NCBI GenBank assembly: GCA_020846575.1
Contig: JADLDQ010000320.1
Coordinates: 1-37,787 of the forward strand
Length of the DNA stretch: 37,787 nucleotides
DNA from: Burkholderiales bacterium
GTDB taxonomy: Bacteria > Pseudomonadota > Gammaproteobacteria > Burkholderiales > SG8-39
Direction: 5' to 3'
Shown here: piece after piece, positions 26,545 through 35,012 of the stretch
Layout: each line of letters opens with the position of its first letter
Numbering within the stretch: position 1 is the stretch's first letter
Notes under the pieces: generated by a model
The model's database searches: none
Told to the model about the DNA's origin: nothing
The model's input: the letters and a program-made list of their open reading frames with translations, nothing else
Made by a program: the position numbers and the translations under genes

Positions 26545-28280
26545 GCGCGGCTCGCGAGCTGCGGCTGCGCAACGACTTCGCGGAGCTGCGGCGCATGAGC
26601 GAGTGGCTGGCGGATGCCTGCGCGGCCTTCCAGGTGCCGCAGGGGTTGCGCTTCGATCTCGATATCGCCGCGAACGAGGCGGTGACCAACATCATCAGCT
26701 ACGGCTTCGAGAACTCGGCCTCGCACCAGATCGTGCTGCGCGTGTCGCGCCAGCGCGATCGCGTCGCGCCGGAGATCGACGACGACGGCCGGCCGTTCGA
26801 CCCGCTGCGCTACCCCGAACCGGCCACCCCCGCAAGCCTGGAGGAGGCGCCGATCGGCGGGCTGGGGGTGAAGCTGATGCGCGGACTCATACGCGACTGC
26901 CGTTACGAAAGGCGCGACGGGCGCAATCGGCTGGTCATGGCCGGCACCTGCCCGATGCCGCAGGGTGCGACGCCGCTGGAGCCTTCCGGGGAAGCGGCCC
27001 CGTCGCGCCCGCGCGGCAGCGACCGCAGGCGCCGCACGATGACCCCGGAGGAACTCTCGGCCGCCGGTATCGCCGAGCGCCGCAGCCAGCGCGACCGCCG
27101 GCGCGCCGGCTTCATTTCCGCGTCGCGGTTTCTCTCCGGCGTGCCCTACCACCTGGTGGAGGATGTGCTCGCGCGCTGCAGCGTGCGCAACCTGAACAAA
27201 GGCGATGTGCTGCTCGCGCCGGGTCAGATGAACGACTGCATGCACCTGCTCCAGGAAGGGCAGTTGCGCATCCACCTCGACTCCCCGGACTCCGGCGATT
27301 TCATCCCGGTGCAGCCGGTGGACTGCATCGGCGAGCTGTCGATCCTGGACGGCAAGCCGGTCTCGGCCTACGTGGTGGCGCACGAGCCGAGTCGGGTGCT
27401 CGCCATCCACGAGAGCGTCTTCTGGGAGGTGCTGCTGCCCATCCCGGAGGTGGCGAAGAACCTGTTCCGGGTGCTCTCGGAGCGCATGCGGCTGAACAAC
27501 GAACTCATCCTGCAGCGCATGAAGGACCACCTGGTGCTGGAGCAGCTGCGCCAGGAACTGCGCATCGCCCGCAGCATCCAGTCGAGCATGCTCCCCGCGG
27601 GCTGGCCGATGTTTCCCGGGCGCGGCGACGTGGACATCTGCGCCAGCATGGACCCGGCCGAGGAAGTGGGGGGCGACTTCTACGACGCCTTCTTCGTCGG
27701 GCGGCACCGTCTGTTCCTGGCCGTGGGCGACGTCTCGGGCAAGGGGGTTCCGGCGGCGCTGTTCATGGCGCGCGCCATGACGGTGCTGCGCACCGAGGCG
27801 CTGCGCGGCCGCCCGCCGCACGAGATCCTCGACTGGCTCAACGCTTCGCTGTGCGAGAACAACGACGCGTCCATGTTCGTCACCATCCTGTGCGGGCTGT
27901 TCGACACCCGCAGCGGCCGCTTCACCTACTCGAACGCCGGGCACAACCCGCCCTATGCCGGCCGCGCGGGCGGCTACTACGAACTGCCGGTGCCCAGGGG
28001 GCCGCTGGCCGGCATCGACCCGGACGCGCGCTTTTCCTCCGCCGAGTGCCGGCTCGCGCGCGGCGACACCCTGGTGCTGTACACGGACGGTGTGCCCGAG
28101 GCCATGGACGCGGCCCAGCGGCCGCTGTCGGAGGGGCGGCTCGTGTCCCTGCTGCAGGCCGCGCCTCGGGGCAGCGCCCGCGACCTGGTCGAGGCGATCC
28201 GGGCGGGAGTGGCCGGTCACGTCCAGAGCGCGGCGCGCTCGGACGACATCACGCTGATGGTGCTGAGGCACAGGGGTTGA
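26541..28280 (+). CDS. Three-domain fusion: RsbW/SpoIIAB-type Ser kinase (HATPase_c_2) + cyclic-nucleotide-binding domain + PP2C (SpoIIE/RsbU-type) phosphatase
   Basis: 579 aa. Residues 1-135 carry NEAVTNIISYG (N-box), DDDGRPFDP and GGLGVKLM (G-boxes). Residues ~196-320 carry the cNMP fold (CIGELSILDGKPVSAYVVA). Residues ~335-579 carry ARSIQSSMLP, GGDFYD, VGDVSGKGVPAALFM, SNAGHNPP, LYTDGVPEA and DDITLMVL. TTG start 26541 overlaps the STAS stop (TTGA). Confidence 0.85.
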   Translation: MSAARELRLRNDFAELRRMSEWLADACAAFQVPQGLRFDLDIAANEAVTNIISYGFENSASHQIVLRVSRQRDRVAPEIDDDGRPFDPLRYPEPATPASLEEAPIGGLGVKLMRGLIRDCRYERRDGRNRLVMAGTCPMPQGATPLEPSGEAAPSRPRGSDRRRRTMTPEELSAAGIAERRSQRDRRRAGFISASRFLSGVPYHLVEDVLARCSVRNLNKGDVLLAPGQMNDCMHLLQEGQLRIHLDSPDSGDFIPVQPVDCIGELSILDGKPVSAYVVAHEPSRVLAIHESVFWEVLLPIPEVAKNLFRVLSERMRLNNELILQRMKDHLVLEQLRQELRIARSIQSSMLPAGWPMFPGRGDVDICASMDPAEEVGGDFYDAFFVGRHRLFLAVGDVSGKGVPAALFMARAMTVLRTEALRGRPPHEILDWLNASLCENNDASMFVTILCGLFDTRSGRFTYSNAGHNPPYAGRAGGYYELPVPRGPLAGIDPDARFSSAECRLARGDTLVLYTDGVPEAMDAAQRPLSEGRLVSLLQAAPRGSARDLVEAIRAGVAGHVQSAARSDDITLMVLRHRG

Positions 28281-28336
28281 GGAGCGGTGCGGATGAGCGA
28301 AGCGCGCGGGGAGTGCATCGCGCGCCTTGCGCGGGG

Positions 28337-28391
28337 GGTTGAAATCGGGGGGTTGAAATCGGGGCGGTTGAAATCGGGGCGGTTGAAATCG
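28337..28391. repeat. Four tandem copies of a 14-15-bp unit GGTTGAAATCGGGG(C)
   Basis: Copies at 28337-28350, 28351-28365, 28366-28380 and 28381-28391 (last copy truncated). The GGTTGAAATCG core is identical in all four. Intergenic: 57 nt after the fusion-gene stop and about 195 nt before the next Bug gene. Confidence 0.95.
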
Positions 28392-28585
28392 TGTACCCGC
28401 GCGCTGGCGGATACGGGGAACGCCGGCGCCAGGTCCGGCAATCCCGTGAACGAGGCGGGGTAGCGTAACGGGCCTCGCGGCGCCGCCTCATGAGCACGGT
28501 CGAGGCGGCGCCTGCGGACCTGGCGATCCGGATGCGGGCGCCGGGTATATCATCCGGCCTGGTGCCGACAACCGGAGGTGTACTC

Positions 28586-29557
28586 ATGATCATGTTGCGT
28601 GCTCTCACAGCGCCGCTGTGCGCGCTCGCGGCCGCGCTCGCCTGGTCGCCGTCGATCGCGCAGACCTATCCCGCCAAGCCGGTTCGGATCATCGTGCCGC
28701 TGGTGGCGGGCGGAAGCCTCGACACCATGGGCCGCATGATGGCCGACAAGATGTCGCAGGGACTCGGGCAGCCGGTCTACGTGGAGAACCGTCCCGGCGC
28801 GAGCGGCGACATCGGCATCGGCCTGGTGGCGAAGTCGCCGCCCGACGGATACAACCTGTGCGTCATCGGCACGGGCATGATCGCGATCGGGATGTACGTG
28901 CGCAAGCTGCCCTACGACCCGCTGAAGGACCTGGCGCCGGTGTCGGGTCTGTCCAAGAGCCTGCTGGTGATCGTCACGGCGGCCAACAGCAGCCTGCGCT
29001 CGCTCCCCGAACTGCTCGCCTACGCCAAGGCCAATCCCGGTGTGGTCAATTTCGGTTCGATCGGGATCGGTTCAACGCAGCACCTCTCGGGCGAGTTGTT
29101 GAATCTCCTGGCCGGCATCAACATGGTGCACGTGCCCTACAAGGGCGCCGGTGAGGCCAACACGGCAGTGATGGGCGGGCAGATCCACATAGCGGTCTCC
29201 GGCGGACCGGGCGTCGCGCCGCACGTGCGCGCGGGCAAGATGCGCGCGCTCGCGGTGACCGACACCAAGCGCTCGACGGCGATGCCCGACGTGCCGGCGG
29301 TGAGCGAGTTCGTGCCGGGCTACGCGACCACCGCCCTGCTGGCGTTCGTCACCACGGGTGGAACGCCGCCCGACGTGGTCGCCCGGCTGAACTCGGAGAC
29401 GCATCGCGTGCTGGGTCTTGCGGACGTGCGCGGGCGCATCACGGGCTGGGGCGATGAGCCGGATCCGACCACACCCGAGGAACTGGGCAGGACGCTGCGC
29501 GCCGAGATGCAGAAGTGGGGCGACGTGATCAAGAAGGCCGGGCTGAAGCTGCAGTAG
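28586..29557 (+). CDS. Bug-family (TctC-like) periplasmic substrate-binding protein
   Basis: MIMLRALTAPLCALAAALAWSPSIAQTYPAKPVRIIVPLVAGGSLD... GGAGG SD lies 7 nt before ATG 28586. Confidence 0.9.
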   Translation: MIMLRALTAPLCALAAALAWSPSIAQTYPAKPVRIIVPLVAGGSLDTMGRMMADKMSQGLGQPVYVENRPGASGDIGIGLVAKSPPDGYNLCVIGTGMIAIGMYVRKLPYDPLKDLAPVSGLSKSLLVIVTAANSSLRSLPELLAYAKANPGVVNFGSIGIGSTQHLSGELLNLLAGINMVHVPYKGAGEANTAVMGGQIHIAVSGGPGVAPHVRAGKMRALAVTDTKRSTAMPDVPAVSEFVPGYATTALLAFVTTGGTPPDVVARLNSETHRVLGLADVRGRITGWGDEPDPTTPEELGRTLRAEMQKWGDVIKKAGLKLQ

Positions 29558-29655
29558 AAAGCAGGCGCGGGCGCCCCGAGGTTCGCCGGGCCGAAGCGCG
29601 GTGCCCGGCGCATCGACCGATCCAGCGGTGAACCCGCGTCAGGCCGGAACGGGCG

Positions 29656-30663
29656 CTACTGCCGCTTGACGTCGATATGGCTCATCTTCACCACTTGCGG
29701 CCAGATGCGGAACTCCGCTTCCATGCGCGTGGCGGCCGAGTGCATGCCCTCGCCGATCGGGATGAAACTCATCTCCTTGAATTTCGCCGACATCTCCGGG
29801 CTCTTCACCGTGGCGATCAGATCCCGCTCGAGCACGGCGAGCACCTCGCGCGGCGTCTTCACCGGCGCGAAGATGCCGTGCCAGCCCTCCTCGAACTCGA
29901 GGTTCTTCTGGCCGGCCTCCGCGAGCGTGGGGATGTCGGGAAGCGTCTCCAAGCGGTGTTGATCCAGCAGCGCGAGCGCCCGCATCTTTCCGGACCGCAG
30001 GTTGGCGACCACCGCCTCGGGCGACTGGATCAGAAACTGGACTTCCCCCGCCAGCATCGCCCGCACCGCCGGGGCACTTCCCTTGTAGGGGACGTGGGTC
30101 ATCTTGATTCCCGCCTGTGTGGAGACCAGTTCGGTGAGCAGGTGGAAGGAGTGGCCGATACCGGGCGTCCCGTAGAAGAACTTGCCCGGCTGCTGGCGCG
30201 CGAGCGCGACGAACTCGGCGAGGGTGTTGGCCTTGACCGAGGGCGACACCACGATCAGGCGCGGGTTGCGCGCGATCGCGGCCACGCCGACGATGTCGCG
30301 CCGCGCGTCGTAGGGCGGCTTGGGCTCGAAGTTCTCCGCCAGGGTGATGGCGGTGGCCCCGGCGTAGAGCACGGTGTAGCCGTCGGGCGCGGACCTCACC
30401 ATGGCGGCGACGCCGCGCTGCTGCGCGGCCCCGGCGATGTTCTCGACGATGACCTGCTGCCCGAAGCGCGGGGCGAGCGCGTTGGCGAGGTTGCGGGTGG
30501 CGATGTCCAGTCCGCCGCCCGGCTCCGAGGGCACGATGATGCGCAGGGGTTTGCTCGGGTAGCTCTGCGCCAGCGCGGCAGGGGTCGGTGCGAGCAGCAG
30601 CGCGGCGGCAAGCACGGAAAGCGCGGCGCCCACGAGACAGGCGCTGCATTGGCGGCTCTTCAT
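29656..30663 (-). CDS. Bug-family (TctC-like) periplasmic substrate-binding protein
   Basis: MKSRQCSACLVGAALSVLAAALLLAPTPAALAQSYPSKPLRIIVPSEPGGGLD... Internal ATG 30663 has an AGGAAAGGGA SD. Confidence 0.9.
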   Translation of the reverse strand: MKSRQCSACLVGAALSVLAAALLLAPTPAALAQSYPSKPLRIIVPSEPGGGLDIATRNLANALAPRFGQQVIVENIAGAAQQRGVAAMVRSAPDGYTVLYAGATAITLAENFEPKPPYDARRDIVGVAAIARNPRLIVVSPSVKANTLAEFVALARQQPGKFFYGTPGIGHSFHLLTELVSTQAGIKMTHVPYKGSAPAVRAMLAGEVQFLIQSPEAVVANLRSGKMRALALLDQHRLETLPDIPTLAEAGQKNLEFEEGWHGIFAPVKTPREVLAVLERDLIATVKSPEMSAKFKEMSFIPIGEGMHSAATRMEAEFRIWPQVVKMSHIDVKRQ

Positions 30664-30908
30664 GGCATGGTCCCTTTCCTCGTTCAGACCCGGGCGTGTG
30701 TTCCCGTCCCGTTTGTGGTTTCTTGCGGGTGTCGCCGGCGACCGCCGGACCCAAGAAGGACAATAGCACAGGGCCCGGCGCGGCGCGGCGGGCGCTACGG
30801 CCGGGTGTCGCCAGGCGCGCGTGCCGTACAAGCGGCCGGCGCCTTGTCGCTCTTTGCAGGGTTGCGGAATAATGTGCCCCCTGCCGCGACTCGGCGAAGG
30901 AGCAGCGC

Positions 30909-31904
30909 GTGATCATCGATGTGCACCACCACTGGATGCCGCCGCACCACGTGCGCATGCTCGGCAAGGTCGCGCGCCCCGGGCAGACGGTTCGCGAGCT
31001 GCGCCCGGGCACGCCGGGTATCTTTCGCGGCGACGCCATGCTGTTCTGGTGCAACGAACGCATCGCCTCGGCCGACCGCCTGATCGAGGGCCTGGACCGG
31101 AGCGGGATCTCGCGCGCGGTGCTCAACGTCTCGAACTGGATCGAGTGGCTCGATCTCGAACTGTGCCGCGACGTCAACGACGCGATGCACGCTCTGAAAC
31201 AGCGTTTCCCCGATCGTATCGTGACGCTGGCGCACGTTCCCATCGGTGAGCCCGGCGCGCTCGACGAGCTCGAGCGCGCCGTGTCGCTCGGCGCATCCGG
31301 TGTGTTCAGCATCGTTCATCTGTCGCGCCCGGGATGGTCGCTCGATGCCCCTCAGCTCGATCCCTTCTATGCGCGCGTGAGCGAACTGGGCCTGCCGATC
31401 TTCACGCACCCGGCGTGCGAGCCGCTCGAATACCAGGCCGATGCCGACGAGCGGCTGTTGCCGCTGCTCGACCACGATCTCCTGACCTGCCTGGGCCGGC
31501 CGTACAACACCACGGTGGCGGTGATGCGGCTGCTGCTGTGCGATGTGCTCGATCGTTTCCCGGGGCTTCGGTTCGTCATGCCGCACCTGGGCGGGACGTT
31601 CGCCGTGATGAAGGAAAGGCTGCTGAGCCGGTACTACGACTGGGGAATGCGCGAGCGGCTGGATCGGCGCCTGCAGCAGTTGTGGTTCGATACCGCGCCG
31701 CCGCGCTGGTCGGGCCAGCAGCTTCACTGCGCGGTGGAGACGCTGGGCGCCGACCGGATCATGTTCGGCAGCGATCATCCGATCGAACCCGACTACGCGG
31801 AGCGCGCGGTGCGCATGATCGCGTCGAATGGTATCGAGTCCGGGCAGCGCGAGGCGATCTGCCGCGGCAACGCCGCACGCTTTCTGGAGCTGACCGATGC
31901 ATGA
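30909..31904 (+). CDS. Amidohydrolase-2 family (ACMSD-like metal-dependent hydrolase/decarboxylase)
   Basis: The N-terminal IIDVHHHWMPP (H.H metal motif), PIFTHP, and the C-terminal RIMFGSDHP (metal-binding Asp) are typical of PF04909-type TIM-barrel enzymes. GTG 30909 is preceded by AAGGAG. Confidence 0.85.
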   Translation: MIIDVHHHWMPPHHVRMLGKVARPGQTVRELRPGTPGIFRGDAMLFWCNERIASADRLIEGLDRSGISRAVLNVSNWIEWLDLELCRDVNDAMHALKQRFPDRIVTLAHVPIGEPGALDELERAVSLGASGVFSIVHLSRPGWSLDAPQLDPFYARVSELGLPIFTHPACEPLEYQADADERLLPLLDHDLLTCLGRPYNTTVAVMRLLLCDVLDRFPGLRFVMPHLGGTFAVMKERLLSRYYDWGMRERLDRRLQQLWFDTAPPRWSGQQLHCAVETLGADRIMFGSDHPIEPDYAERAVRMIASNGIESGQREAICRGNAARFLELTDA

Positions 31905-32910
31905 GGTGACTGCCATGGGCCGATGCGTGAATCCAATCACGACGACACGATGGGCCGTGACGCTCGCGGGCGCGTGCCTGCTGATCTCGACCGCGACGGT
32001 GCTCGCTCAAGGCTGGCCGGGGAAACCGGTGCGATTCGTCGTTCCGTTCGCCCCCGGCGGCGGCAACGACATCCTCGCGCGCGTGGTCGGCGAGCGCCTC
32101 GGAGCGGCGCTCGGCCAGCCGGTGGTGGTGGACAACCGGCCGGGAGCCGGCGGCAACATCGGTGCGGAGCTGGTCGCGCGCAGCGCGCCGGACGGCTACA
32201 CGCAGCTGGTCGCCGCGCACGCCACACTGGTGATCAACCCGCACATGTACGCGCGCGTTCCGTTCGATCCGGTCAAGGACTTTGCGCCGGTCGGATTGAT
32301 GGGGGCGCTGCCGGTCGTGCTGGCGGTGCATGCGGACGTGCCCGCTGCCTCCGTGCGGGAGCTGATCGCGCTGGCGAAGGCAAGACCGGGCGGACTCGCG
32401 TACGCCTCGGCCGGGTCCGGGACGCCGCACCACCTCGCCGCGGAGATGTTCAAGTCGCAGACCGGGACTTCGATGGTGCATGTCCCGTTCAAGGGCGGCG
32501 CGCCCGCGGCCGCCGAGCTGCTCTCCGGCAGGGTGCAGGTCATGTTCGCGCCGATCAACAACATCGCTCCGTATCTGAAGAGCGGGAAACTGCGCGTACT
32601 CGCCGCGGCCGGGGAGCGACGCGTGCAGATGCTCCCGGACGTTCCGACCATCGCCGAAGCGGGGCTTCCCGGATACGCGGTCGAGAACTGGATCGGCCTG
32701 GCCGCGCCGGCGGGCACATCGCAGGAGATCATCCGCAGGCTGAACGCGGAGATCGGAAACGCTCTGGCGCAAGGCGAAGTCCGCCAGAAGCTGAACGCGC
32801 TCGGAATCGAGCCGGTGACAGCCACCCCGGCACAGATGGCCGCCACGATCGTCTCGGAGCTGGCGCGCTGGGGAAGCGTGATCCGTAACGCGGGCATCAA
32901 GGCGGACTGA
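31897..32910 (+). CDS. Bug-family (TctC-like) periplasmic substrate-binding protein
   Basis: ...WAVTLAGACLLISTATVLAQGWPGKPVRFVVPFAPGGGNDI... ATG 31897 overlaps the amidohydrolase stop (ATGCATGA). ATG 31915 (GAGGTG SD) is an alternative start. Confidence 0.9.
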   Translation: MHEVTAMGRCVNPITTTRWAVTLAGACLLISTATVLAQGWPGKPVRFVVPFAPGGGNDILARVVGERLGAALGQPVVVDNRPGAGGNIGAELVARSAPDGYTQLVAAHATLVINPHMYARVPFDPVKDFAPVGLMGALPVVLAVHADVPAASVRELIALAKARPGGLAYASAGSGTPHHLAAEMFKSQTGTSMVHVPFKGGAPAAAELLSGRVQVMFAPINNIAPYLKSGKLRVLAAAGERRVQMLPDVPTIAEAGLPGYAVENWIGLAAPAGTSQEIIRRLNAEIGNALAQGEVRQKLNALGIEPVTATPAQMAATIVSELARWGSVIRNAGIKAD

Positions 32911-33087
32911 CGCGGCGGTTCGCGCGCAAAGGAAGCTCGCCGGTCCGATGGTGGGTTCGCTGCTCGCGATCCCTTCGGGGCAGCCTCGCGCATGCGCCCG
33001 CCACGGCTCGGCGCCGATCGTTCCCCGGCGCGCGCCGCGAGGGCGCGCGCAGGCGCGGGCCCTCGCGGCGGTTGCGGCCGCGCGGAC

Positions 33088-34053
33088 TCAGTCGGCGCGG
33101 AAACCCGAGGCCTTGATCGCGCTCTCCCAGCGCTCGATATCGGCGCGGATCATGCGCGCGAACGCCTCGGGCGTGTTGGGCGCGGGTTCCAGATCGATCG
33201 CGCGCAGCTTCTGCTGCGCCGCGGGCGACCTGAGCGCCGCGGTGATCTCGCGGTTCAGACGCTGGACCACGGCCGAGGGCGTGGCGGCGGGGGCGACGAA
33301 CCCGGACCAGATGTAGACCTCGAGCTGCGGGTAGCCCAGTTCGCGGAAGGTCGGCGCCGCGGGCATGAGCGGCGAACGCTCGCCCCCGGTGATGGCGAAT
33401 GCTTTCAGCTTACCCGCCTCCACGTGCGCCTTTACCGAAATCAGCGGCAGGAAGGCGCTCATGACCTGGCCGCCGAGCAGGTCCTGGACCGCGGGCGGCG
33501 TGCCCTTGTAGGCGACGTGCAGCATGTCGATGCCGGCGAGCTGGTTGAGCATGACCCCGGCGAAGTGCGAGGGGTTGCCCGCCGTGAACGAGGCGAAGCT
33601 GGTCTTGCCGGGATTGGCCCGGGCGTAGGCGATGAAGTCCCCGAGGGTGGCCGCAGGCAGCGATGCGCTGCCCGCGAAGATCATCTGGGAGCGAATCGCC
33701 AGGCTCACCGTCGCGAAGTCCCTGAGAGGGTCGTACGGCAGCTTCGAGTAGGTGTGCGGGTTGATCGACATCATCCCCGAGGTGGCGAGCAGCATCGTGT
33801 AGCCGTCCGCGGGCGCGGCGAGCAGCGTCTGGGCCGCGATGATGCCGCCCGCGCCCGGCCGGTACTCGGAGATCAAAGCCTGCCCGGTCGCTTCCCGGAA
33901 GCGATCCCCGATCAGGCGCACCACCGAATCATTGACGTTTCCGGCTGGAAACGGCTGGATCAGGCGCACCGTGCGCGAGGGAAATTCCTGCGCCGCGGCG
34001 GGCAGCAGGGCGAGCGCCGCAGCAACGAGTCCGAGCCACTGCTTTGCTTTCAT
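33088..34053 (-). CDS. Bug-family (TctC-like) periplasmic substrate-binding protein
   Basis: MKAKQWLGLVAAALALLPAAAQEFPSRTVRLIQPFPAGNVND... AGGAGG lies 9 nt upstream of ATG 34053. Confidence 0.9.
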   Translation of the reverse strand: MKAKQWLGLVAAALALLPAAAQEFPSRTVRLIQPFPAGNVNDSVVRLIGDRFREATGQALISEYRPGAGGIIAAQTLLAAPADGYTMLLATSGMMSINPHTYSKLPYDPLRDFATVSLAIRSQMIFAGSASLPAATLGDFIAYARANPGKTSFASFTAGNPSHFAGVMLNQLAGIDMLHVAYKGTPPAVQDLLGGQVMSAFLPLISVKAHVEAGKLKAFAITGGERSPLMPAAPTFRELGYPQLEVYIWSGFVAPAATPSAVVQRLNREITAALRSPAAQQKLRAIDLEPAPNTPEAFARMIRADIERWESAIKASGFRAD

Positions 34054-34280
34054 GCGGCATTACCTCCTGGACAGGGTCATCCGCACCCGAGGTCACGGCC
34101 TGAGCGCCTCGATCCGCTGCCCGGGGCGCGACGGGGGTTTCGCGGCCGGACGCTCACCCGCGACTGGCGCAGCGCGTACATTACCTCACTTGCGAAACGG
34201 GCAAGACCCGGGGCGACGAGCGCGAGGCGTCGTGCACGGGGTTGCCGAGTGCCCTCATGCCGATCGCACGGGCGCTCGTC

Positions 34281-34691
34281 TCAGCGGTCGAACTCCCCCA
34301 TTGCCTCGGGTTGCCGGACGACCTCCAGGACGCGCAGATTCAATTCGCGTCCGCCGGGAACCTGCCAGACGATGGATTGACCCACGGACAACCCCAGCAG
34401 GGCGCTGCCGACGGGAGCCAGTACCGAGATCTTGCTCACCAGGTCGGCTTCGCCCGGATAGACGAGCGAGAGCTGGAATTCCGATCCGCTCGCGTCATCG
34501 ACGAACCGGACCGTGGAATTCATCGTCACGACGTGCGGCGGAACCTCGGTCGGCTCGACGACCGTGGCGCGGTCGATCTCGCTCATCAGCGCATCGATTC
34601 CCGGAAGCTGCCTGTACTCTCTCGAAGCGAGCAGGCGCTCGAGACGGGCTTGATCGAGACTGGACATGATGATCGGTGGCATGCGTTCCAT
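34281..34691 (-). CDS. rnk: Regulator of nucleoside diphosphate kinase (Rnk; GreA/GreB C-terminal-domain family)
   Basis: MERMPPIIMSSLDQARLERLL...VVTMNSTVRFVDDASGSEFQLSLVYPGEADLVSKISVLAPVGSALLGLSVGQSIVWQVPGGRELNLRVLEVVRQPEA is collinear with my memory of E. coli Rnk. GAGGAAG SD lies before ATG 34691. Confidence 0.85.
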   Translation of the reverse strand: MERMPPIIMSSLDQARLERLLASREYRQLPGIDALMSEIDRATVVEPTEVPPHVVTMNSTVRFVDDASGSEFQLSLVYPGEADLVSKISVLAPVGSALLGLSVGQSIVWQVPGGRELNLRVLEVVRQPEAMGEFDR

Positions 34692-34815
34692 GACTCTTCC
34701 TCGGTGAAGGGTGGTATCGCGGCGTTGAAACGAAAGCGTATCGGCCGCTCTGGCGTGAGGGCCGATTTTCACATGGATCGGGCGGCGCCTTCGGCTCGAG
34801 ACCTTCCACGGCGCC

Positions 34816-34853
34816 GGCAGGAACGCGGTGAACGCAGGCAGGAACGCGGTGAA
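34816..34853. repeat. Two direct copies of GGCAGGAACGCGGTGAA spaced 21 bp apart, upstream of rnk
   Basis: Identical 17-mers at 34816-34832 and 34837-34853, about 125-160 nt upstream of the rnk start. Confidence 0.8.
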
Positions 34854-35012
34854 AAACGCGCTCGGGGAGACGCTCGACATCGGCCCTGGCGCGAGCAGGC
34901 AAGCTCGCCGTCATTTCCCGGTTCGGAGCCGGATGTGCGCGCGCGCGGGAGGCTGCTCCAGGACCGATGGGTTGGGCCCGGGCCTGCGGGCCCTGCGACG
35001 CTCGGCCGCGGC

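Noticed and set aside
26499-28342. 590-aa minus ORF and 579-aa alternative plus-frame ORF (26603..28342) over the kinase-cNMP-PP2C gene
   Set aside because: Only the 26541..28280 frame yields HATPase, cNMP and PP2C motifs. The others are low-complexity Arg/Gly/Ala/Pro strings.
28217-28441. 74-aa ORF with a repeated peptide FNRPDFNRPDFNPP
   Set aside because: The peptide repeat is simply the translation of the 14-15-bp DNA tandem repeat. There is no SD, and the ORF overlaps the end of the upstream gene on the opposite strand.
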